Shown: one piece after another, positions 44,691 to 51,091 of the stretch
Layout: each line of letters opens with the position of its first letter
How positions within the stretch are numbered: position 1 is the stretch's first letter
IMG/VR virus record: IMGVR_UViG_3300048855_000061
Location: 1-51,091 of that record
Origin: a virus
Lineage: Duplodnaviria > Caudoviricetes
Length of the DNA: 51,091 nt
Strand: one strand, 5' to 3'
Translations under genes and position numbers: made by a program
The notes under the pieces: model-generated
The model's database searches: none
Told to the model about the DNA's origin: nothing
What the model saw: only the letters and a program-made list of their open reading frames with translations

Positions 44691-45386
44691 TTATTGAGTA
44701 GGTTTAATGAGCTGTGAGCCTTGATTCCTCACATTACCGACGTCCTTGCTCACCTCAAACCAAGTGAATTCCTCAGTCGGCCTGCAGCACTCCTTTGCAA
44801 TCTCCGCGGCGCGCTCTGGCGTCGTTTCGGGATCCACCCATTCCCGGGCGTGTTCTGGGCTCAGCACCACCGGCCGGCGATCGTGAATGTCGACCATGCC
44901 TTGATCGCTGTCGGCGGTGATGATCACGAAACCGTCCTGCGGGTCCGGCTCAAGCCCCTGATGCACCTCCGCCAGCGCGGCGAAGAACATCGGGCCTTCC
45001 TCTTTCAGCCTGATGAAGTAGGGCTGTTTCTTCTTCGGATCGTTGGGATCCTTCACCCATTCAAACCAGCCGTTGGCCGGAGCCAGGGCCCGCCCGTTCG
45101 GCCACAGCTGTTTGAAATACTTCCCAGTCATCACCGTCTCGACTCGGGCATTTATTGGAGCGGGGCGCTTCCCTTCACCCTTCGCCCAAAATGGCGACCA
45201 TCCCCACCGCACCTTGTCTACGCTCAGCCCTTCCTCGGTCGGTCTGATGATCTCGACGCGAGTCGTCGGCGCAACGTTGTAGCGCTCGATTGGCCAGAGG
45301 TCGTATCCATTGATGACCAACTGCTCTGGCGCAAGCTCCTTGAGGTAGTGGTCCATTGGCTCGTAGATCGAGTAGCGTCCGCACAT
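44691..45386 (-). CDS. SOS response-associated peptidase (SRAP/YedK family)
   Basis: MCGRY, YNVAPT, INARVET, GWFEW and IHDRRP motifs. Confidence 0.95.
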   Translation of the reverse strand: MCGRYSIYEPMDHYLKELAPEQLVINGYDLWPIERYNVAPTTRVEIIRPTEEGLSVDKVRWGWSPFWAKGEGKRPAPINARVETVMTGKYFKQLWPNGRALAPANGWFEWVKDPNDPKKKQPYFIRLKEEGPMFFAALAEVHQGLEPDPQDGFVIITADSDQGMVDIHDRRPVVLSPEHAREWVDPETTPERAAEIAKECCRPTEEFTWFEVSKDVGNVRNQGSQLIKPTQ

Positions 45387-45446
45387 AGGGTCACCTGTCG
45401 CAAATTGGCTTATACAGTGTTGACCGCAATCGCAGCGCTTAGTTAA

Positions 45447-45462
45447 CTGTACGCATATACAG
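45447..45462. promoter_or_regulatory. LexA (SOS) box
   Basis: CTGTACGCATATACAG between divergent genes. Confidence 0.88.
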
Positions 45463-45484
45463 TATAAACAAGCGAATCATTCCC

Positions 45485-45781
45485 ATGTACGTCCTTATCA
45501 CTCCACGTCGCCAGATGGGCGTTGCGGTCCCGAAAGATCAGCTCAGCCGGATCCCTCCGCTCAGAGGTGACGTGCAGATCGTTGAATCTCAGTGCCCTGC
45601 GCTTGGCCGCATCACCCGCGAAGCCTTCATCTTGAACAGCGTCAGCCACGCGCGGGATGCTTTGCCTCGTCTGTTGGATGCCAGCGTGACGAGCATGGGA
45701 ACCCAGGGTCTTATTATTTCCGGCATCGAGCAGGTGGAAGAGGCTTTCTACTTCCAGTCGTGGTGGTGCCGCTTTGAGTGA
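45485..45781 (+). CDS. Small SOS-linked hypothetical protein
   Basis: Directly downstream of the SOS box; ends QSWWC. Confidence 0.75.
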   Translation: MYVLITPRRQMGVAVPKDQLSRIPPLRGDVQIVESQCPALGRITREAFILNSVSHARDALPRLLDASVTSMGTQGLIISGIEQVEEAFYFQSWWCRFE

Positions 45782-46124
45782 CGATGCGATTCCCGATCAT
45801 CTGGATATCTCGCTCGATCAATTCCTGAACATCCGCGCGCCAGGCACTTACCTGGTGAAAGTCGAAGGCGACAGCATGGAGGGGGCGGGGATCTTCTGTG
45901 GTGATCTGCTGATCGTCGACAAGGGGCTCTACCCTAAAGCAGGTCAGGTCATCATCGGCGTCGTTAACCAGCAACCGCTGGTCAAGTACCTCGCATTCGT
46001 GGGGCGTCAGACCGTGCTGCGCTCGGCCAACCGAAAATACCCCGACAGGTTCATCATGGAAGGCGACGAGTTCGACATCTGGGGCGTTGTTACCCACAGC
46101 ATTCGGGATCACTGGAGGAATTGA
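45774..46124 (+). CDS. UmuD/LexA-like S24 domain protein
   Basis: VEGDSMEGAGIFCGDLLIVD, LVKYL and IWGVV; no HTH and no N-terminal cleavage arm. Confidence 0.85.
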   Translation: MSDDAIPDHLDISLDQFLNIRAPGTYLVKVEGDSMEGAGIFCGDLLIVDKGLYPKAGQVIIGVVNQQPLVKYLAFVGRQTVLRSANRKYPDRFIMEGDEFDIWGVVTHSIRDHWRN

Positions 46125-46167
46125 ATCGAATTGCTCAGGAGCGCGGCTTAAAAATTTCCTCGAACCT

Positions 46168-47037
46168 CTATTCAATAGAATCATTGAAATAACTTTCAAT
46201 ACTCAACATCGCTTTTCCCACGACGTTTAAGTCGTTTACATCAAAGGTGACGCGTGCTGAGCCTGACTTAAACCTTATATCTTCAAAGTCTATCTGGCAA
46301 GATTGCCTGAACCCTCCAAAATCAATGTCCTCCAACTCTGATAATGTCACGCCTACCAGAGTGTCAACCAGAGGCGCGCCTTGTCCCCTAGGCATTCGAA
46401 AGAAGCTATCGCAGTAAACCAGTCTCTGAGGGGTATATGCACTACTCGAGGAAAGAATAAGGAATCTTAAAAAATCTCTATTTCTTCTGTCGGGCGGTGG
46501 ATACTTTAATCTAATCTCGTAGTCAGGGTAATTTTTAAGCTTGACTCTAAGGAAGTCGGACGAGGCCATGATTGGCCTTGATTCTATATTTCTATCTCCG
46601 CACTGGTCTTTTTCACGGCAGTGGTTGCTTGCCGAGTTAAGCCCCGCCACCACCTGAAAGGTGGGTTCAGACCCTGAAATACCTGATGTAGCCGGCACCG
46701 TTTGTGTACCGTCCCAATAAAACGTTCCTTCAATTATATCGATTCCACAGACCCGTCCGTCGAAACCTATATTAGCGTGCAGCCCATTGAGACGTGTGCG
46801 CTCGAAGAATTCCCCTCCTCCTTTTATCGGGAGACGGTGCAGCTTGCTAAGGCCCCGAACGCAAGCATCCCAGTCGGCATGGTACGATGCCATCAAAGCA
46901 CGCTCGTTACGCTCGTCACGCACGACAGCCTTATTGACACTCCAAGCATAGAATACGAATGCTATGAATGCTATGCCGCTCATGGCCTGCACGAGTCGCG
47001 TCTGGTATCTCTTCAAAACGGCTTCCTTGGATTCCAT
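46168..47037 (-). CDS. Membrane-anchored Cys-containing hypothetical cargo protein
   Basis: One N-terminal TM helix, several Cys, AT-richer than core. Confidence 0.72.
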   Translation of the reverse strand: MESKEAVLKRYQTRLVQAMSGIAFIAFVFYAWSVNKAVVRDERNERALMASYHADWDACVRGLSKLHRLPIKGGGEFFERTRLNGLHANIGFDGRVCGIDIIEGTFYWDGTQTVPATSGISGSEPTFQVVAGLNSASNHCREKDQCGDRNIESRPIMASSDFLRVKLKNYPDYEIRLKYPPPDRRNRDFLRFLILSSSSAYTPQRLVYCDSFFRMPRGQGAPLVDTLVGVTLSELEDIDFGGFRQSCQIDFEDIRFKSGSARVTFDVNDLNVVGKAMLSIESYFNDSIE

Positions 47038-47100
47038 ATCGCGTCGCGCAGCTCATTGCTATCCTACGGCAGTATAAGCCACAACCCAATGGAGGGCAGG

Positions 47101-47271
47101 ATGCCCCAATTAAAAGGACGTAGCCCGGCGCAGATCGCGAACCTGCGAGCAATGCTGGACTGGCATCTGGACATGGCTGCTGAGCTTGAACGCTCTGGGA
47201 AATTTGATCAGGCACGCGTTCATTTGATTCGCGCAGGCCTGTTGAAGCCCGCTGCCACTCATCCTGGCTGA
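47101..47271 (+). CDS. Small hypothetical protein
   Basis: GGAGGG site before ATG 47101. Confidence 0.5.
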   Translation: MPQLKGRSPAQIANLRAMLDWHLDMAAELERSGKFDQARVHLIRAGLLKPAATHPG

Positions 47272-47648
47272 TGAGTGGAAAGCCAGGCGGAGGCTGTTTC
47301 AGATCCTAAAGGTACTATGACATTTAGCTGGCAGAACGCCGGGGAGAGGAAGCAGCTCCCGCTGCGGAGTTACAGCGGGATTAAGGTTCTCGTACCACTT
47401 TTTGTACCACCGGTTGCGTCTGAGCCGGTAAGCGCGGGTTGATCCGGGTAAGCAACCCCCCGGAATCATTGCCCTAGTCTACTGGGATCAACGCACCCGG
47501 AATTATGTCGCGATTTCTGAAACTGTCGCCGGAGGTGCACGGGCTTTCCGAGGAAGAATGTCATCCTGCACGCAACCATCCAGGCATCATGCACTTGGAA
47601 ATTTGTCATCCTAACCGTCACAGCCAGACGAACTTTCCGAGGCATATG

Positions 47649-48395
47649 CTAATTAACGAGCGCCAGATCGACAATCTTTTTGGCCGACTGGTAAGGCTGG
47701 CAAAATTTCAAGTAATTCTTGCAGAATCCGGAATATGATTTCTGGCTTTCTGTCATTTGCTCCATAATATCCAGTGACTCTGAAATCGATCGTAGCTTAT
47801 TTTGCCTCTTTCTCAAAGTGTCTGCCTGCGCTAGGTCTTCTAATCCCTCTCGCAGCTTACTCGCGAAAAAATGAAGGCTTATTAGGAAGTCTGCCCGGGG
47901 CTTCATAAGCCTGGCACTGTTCAGACTGCATACGGCTATAGTGGTCTTAGCCTTTTCGTCTTCATCTACAGGCATAATCATGATGTCTGTGTAATAGAAA
48001 GACGCGTCCGGATCATCATCATAGGGGTTGATCATTGGTTCTAGACCTGGATCATGCGTCAGTTTGGCGTCATTGCATTTTCGACATGCAGGTAAAAGAT
48101 TCTCCCAGCTAAATATTTTTTCTGGGTAAATTGATTTTGGAAAAAAATGCTCTACCTCTATGTTTCCGTTTTCTTGCGGCTGGCCTTCACAGAATGCGCA
48201 TTTAAAAAATGAGCTAGGGAACAGAGTTTGTTTAATCTGATCGTGTCGATAATAGCTGATAAGTTTTGTCTTTTCTTCTTGTGGGATATTTTTGTAGCCG
48301 TGGTATTGAGCAACCGCAGCCAAAAGTGGCTGAAGCCACTCGTTCTCTTTGCTGACGAGGATTGCTGGCTTGTCGGGGCGCTTTAATTTAATCAA
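47649..48395 (-). CDS. HNH endonuclease, Septu PtuB-like
   Basis: KCAFCE, IEVEHFFPKS, WENLLPACRKCN, INPYDDDP; start overlaps the ATPase stop. Confidence 0.88.
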   Translation of the reverse strand: MIKLKRPDKPAILVSKENEWLQPLLAAVAQYHGYKNIPQEEKTKLISYYRHDQIKQTLFPSSFFKCAFCEGQPQENGNIEVEHFFPKSIYPEKIFSWENLLPACRKCNDAKLTHDPGLEPMINPYDDDPDASFYYTDIMIMPVDEDEKAKTTIAVCSLNSARLMKPRADFLISLHFFASKLREGLEDLAQADTLRKRQNKLRSISESLDIMEQMTESQKSYSGFCKNYLKFCQPYQSAKKIVDLALVN

Positions 48396-49642
48396 CCTGA
48401 CACCCTCATTGCTGCGAGCCTAGTAGTCAACACAGAGACTATGCTGTCATCCGGATGAGAGATTTTTTCAAGCCCGTGTATTTCTCTTTCGAGCATGTCC
48501 GTTGAGTTTTGCTCGATTGCTGTGAAAGCTCTATGAATCGCCTGCTCGTAATCTTTGCTCGCTAGACTCTTGACATCCATGACGTCTTCTAATATTTGAT
48601 CAGTGTTCCAGCCGGAAAATTTACGGCTAGTTGGTTTGACTATGTAATCCTTTTGTCCGTGCACCCTCGGTAGAATTATGGTTTCTCCGCTTTCAGCGGA
48701 AGCTAATAGGTGGGGCGAGTGAGTCGTGACAATAAATTGCAAGTTAGGAAAAATTGACTTCAACCCATTGCATAGAGTGAGCTGCCACTCTGGATGAAGG
48801 TGCACATCCAGTTCGTCAATAAGGACTGTCCCAAAAGCTTTAGAAACTATCCGCCGTCCCTCTGGTTTAGTGGATTCAATCCATGCAAAAATGCTGATGA
48901 CGATATAGAGCACGGCTTGGAAGCCTGATGAAAGCTCTTCAAGATAACATTCTTCTCCGTAGATCGAAAAGACTGGTTCAAGATCTCGGCCGGTTGTGAC
49001 GTACTTCCAGTCACTGTTGATCGGACCCAACCCCGGCAGAGAGCTAATAAGATGATTCCAGTTCTCCTCCTCCTCCTTCGCCCACTCCTTGCCAATAACG
49101 AAAAATCGATTAATTAGCCACTGCTTGATTGTATCCCTGCTCTCACCATAGAGTGAGTTGATTGACTGCGAAGCGTAAAAGTTGGTGCTCTCCTCCTGGG
49201 AAGTCTCGCGTTGCATGCCAGACATCTGTGTGTATTTTATATTCCTGTTAGACCCAATAAATAATGGGCAAAATTCTTCTATTTTTCTTATATGGGCAGT
49301 TGATAGCGATTGCCTATTTTCGTCAGTGGGGGGGGTATTCCAAGCCGTTAGTTGATTCCTACGATACCCCATTGGGCTTATATCACCTGCCCTGATACCA
49401 ATTCGGTACTTTCCGTCGGGCATGGTAAGATCTGTCCAAAATTCTACATTCTCCTTGAATCTGGAGTAGTTGTAGTTGTATGTGTCGGAAGTGAGGCAAT
49501 GCGCGATGCATGCAAGTATCGAAGTTTTACCAGAGCCATTCGGGCCAGTGATAAAGTTAAACCTTTTATTGAATGTGACGTCAAGCGTTAAAAATTGGCG
49601 ATAGTTTTTTGCCAATAAACGCTCTATATAAAAATCGCTCAC
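48392..49642 (-). CDS. ABC/AAA-type ATPase, Septu PtuA-like
   Basis: Walker A GPNGSGKT, signature LSSGFQ, Walker B VLIDELDVHLHP, TTHSP; AAGGAG site before GTG 49642. Confidence 0.9.
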   Translation of the reverse strand: MSDFYIERLLAKNYRQFLTLDVTFNKRFNFITGPNGSGKTSILACIAHCLTSDTYNYNYSRFKENVEFWTDLTMPDGKYRIGIRAGDISPMGYRRNQLTAWNTPPTDENRQSLSTAHIRKIEEFCPLFIGSNRNIKYTQMSGMQRETSQEESTNFYASQSINSLYGESRDTIKQWLINRFFVIGKEWAKEEEENWNHLISSLPGLGPINSDWKYVTTGRDLEPVFSIYGEECYLEELSSGFQAVLYIVISIFAWIESTKPEGRRIVSKAFGTVLIDELDVHLHPEWQLTLCNGLKSIFPNLQFIVTTHSPHLLASAESGETIILPRVHGQKDYIVKPTSRKFSGWNTDQILEDVMDVKSLASKDYEQAIHRAFTAIEQNSTDMLEREIHGLEKISHPDDSIVSVLTTRLAAMRVSG

Positions 49643-50259
49643 GGTAGCGCTCCTTTGCGTGTGTTGACACGAGAGTACCAAAGACCTTGCTTCAGATCAC
49701 ACCTACAGCTCGTTATCTGCTGCGGATGGGCGCCGGCCGGACGGCTGCGTGGTGCTCCTACGTACATGCAATTGGAGGTATAGCACGAGCAGATTTGCCT
49801 GGGAGGGTGATGGGGCTGGAGTAAGTCGCTAGCTTGACGAACTCGCCGGCGGCTCGCTGGCTCGAGGGTCGCCTGTCCTGAGCAGCTCCTGCCCTTTCGC
49901 ACACCGTCGGTTTGGCGGCTTGTAACGCAATCCAACTACGATGTTGCGAATATTATGGGGCCGAGTAGCGCGCGCCAGTGGGCTAAATGCGTTCCGAAAC
50001 TTAATGCGCGCCCCGCTTGGAATGCGGTCTGCGGCCCGGTGGTTTTACAAAATTAAGGGAACGCCAATCGCGGTTAAAGGCCCGCCCCGCTTGATTTTAC
50101 GTAACGGTCTTGAAAACCGGCTAGGCGGTCGACGTTGGCGGCAGTCGACCAGCCAAGGGAGGGTCAGAAATATCGGGGATTGGCTGTAATCAGTTATCCA
50201 CTACAGATTGCCAGCACTCGGCCGATATGACGCTGGTCCTCCTATGCATGGAATCTGCA

Positions 50260-50742
50260 ATGTCTGTCATCCTTCGAATCATCCTTGTCCCACTGACTCT
50301 GTACCTTGGTGTGACAGCCATCGTATCCCTCGTCGCCGGTCAGTGGATGGCGCTGTTTGGTAGCTGCGCGGTGCTTGTTGTTTCTCTCGGTTTTGCTGGG
50401 TGGGTTGAAGTGCTTACTGCGGATAAAGCAAGCAAAATCGTCATATCCAGAGGGCTCAATGCCGACTTTGTGAGCCAATATGCCGGACAGGGAGTGGTGA
50501 TTGATCTTGCCAACAAAAGGTTTCTCGTTGGCAGTCTACGCGGCGCGCCAGCGATGGAGTTCCGCAGCGCCACAGAAATTATTTCTGAGAACGACGGTTC
50601 ATTAGGTGCGCGGGCAACCAGGTACAAAATCAAAGTAATGACCAACGACTTTAATTCACCTCTCCTGACTGCCCAATTTGCCTCCGAAGCCAAGCGTGAC
50701 GAGGCGTATTCAAAGCTCCACAGTGCTCTGAATAACGCATAA
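50260..50742 (+). CDS. Two-TM hypothetical cargo protein
   Basis: Two N-terminal hydrophobic helices followed by a beta-rich region and terminal helix. Confidence 0.75.
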   Translation: MSVILRIILVPLTLYLGVTAIVSLVAGQWMALFGSCAVLVVSLGFAGWVEVLTADKASKIVISRGLNADFVSQYAGQGVVIDLANKRFLVGSLRGAPAMEFRSATEIISENDGSLGARATRYKIKVMTNDFNSPLLTAQFASEAKRDEAYSKLHSALNNA

Positions 50743-50935
50743 GTCCTCACGCGCCGGTGCTGGCCCCCAGCATGGTAGGTCCGGCAGTAGGGCGTTGATA
50801 CCGAGGGGGTTGGTCAGGGGCGGCAGAACGCCGGAAGTGTGCGCAAAACCTCCGCTGAAGACCGCGTGTTTCCATTTGCAAAATCACAAGAAAGGCGGTA
50901 TTTTGCAGGCTCTGTGAAGGGCGGTTTTCATTTAG

Positions 50936-50948
50936 AATCAAGGGCTTA
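50936..50948 (+). promoter_or_regulatory. IHF-binding consensus in the att arm
   Basis: AATCAAGGGCTTA fits WATCAANNNNTTR, 16 bp from the att core. Confidence 0.65.
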
Positions 50949-50964
50949 TTGGTCTATGGTCCCC

Positions 50965-51015
50965 AGCATGGGGTGCTAGGGGTCGAGTGTTCGAATCACT
51001 CCGTCCCGACCATAT
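50965..51015 (+). repeat. Right att copy: truncated tRNA-Pro(GGG) from anticodon stem to CCA
   Basis: AGCATGGGGTGCTAGGGGTCGAGTGTTCGAATCACTCCGTCCCGACCATAT; 50983-51015 is identical to 1-33; no tRNA 5' half upstream. Confidence 0.93.
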
Positions 51016-51028
51016 ATTTCAATGACTT

Positions 51029-51057
51029 AGGCCAATGTTCTCAGCATTGGCCTTTTT
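51029..51057 (+). terminator. Intrinsic terminator after the right tRNA copy
   Basis: AGGCCAATG / CATTGGCCT followed by a T tract. Confidence 0.75.
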
Positions 51058-51091
51058 CATGCGAGTGACTTTTGCGTGACTTGTTGATTTT

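Larger units (their letters stand above)
1..51015. mobile_element. Lambda-like temperate prophage integrated in tRNA-Pro(GGG)
   Basis: Terminal 33-bp direct repeat of a tRNA 3' end; integrase/excisionase at the left end; full set of immunity, replication, lysis, packaging, head and tail genes in lambdoid order. Confidence 0.96.

Noticed and set aside
47330-47470. True right end of the prophage
   Set aside because: Arm-like repeats here do not match the left-end GCGCAAAAC sites; the matching arm and core are at 50841-51015.
49639-50189. ORFs 49639-49935 (-) and 49941-50189 (+)
   Set aside because: No ribosome-binding sites or protein-like features; they overlap att-relic DNA.
47649-50220. 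Retron type I-A (msr-msd, RT, PtuAB)
   Set aside because: No reverse transcriptase ORF in the window and no convincing a1/a2 inverted repeat upstream of the ATPase.
50765-50775. CCCCAGCATGG repeated at 50961
   Set aside because: Only 11 bp; could be a secondary att relic but cannot be told from chance.
50965-51012. Second intact tRNA-Pro gene
   Set aside because: The acceptor 5' strand and D-arm are missing; it is the att duplication.

Overview
The window is one apparently complete lambda-like (cos-type, long non-contractile tail) temperate prophage, probably from Pseudomonas. It is integrated at the 3' half of a tRNA-Pro(GGG) gene, with a 33-bp direct repeat at 1-33 and 50983-51015. Gene order is int-xis, a leftward early region with cargo and a C5 DNA methyltransferase, pL/OL, a SOS-boxed DUF1654-like gene, a two-gene cassette behind cI, cI/cro/cII, Rha/antirepressor, O/P-like replication, nin-like nucleases, a second tyrosine recombinase, Q, a KAP NTPase moron, holin and spanins, cos, terminase, head, tail, endolysin, an SRAP/UmuD-like SOS module and a right-end cargo zone with a Septu-like ATPase-HNH pair. 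The most notable features are (1) a methyltransferase locus coded in two fully overlapping frames, where the second frame carries motif IX and four W(P/Q)TP repeat modules, (2) a right end that looks like stacked leftover attachment arms separated by a repeated motif, with cargo between them, (3) several uncharacterised defence-like cargo cassettes, and (4) a highly structured pL leader RNA. All family assignments come from motif recognition by eye, not database searches.
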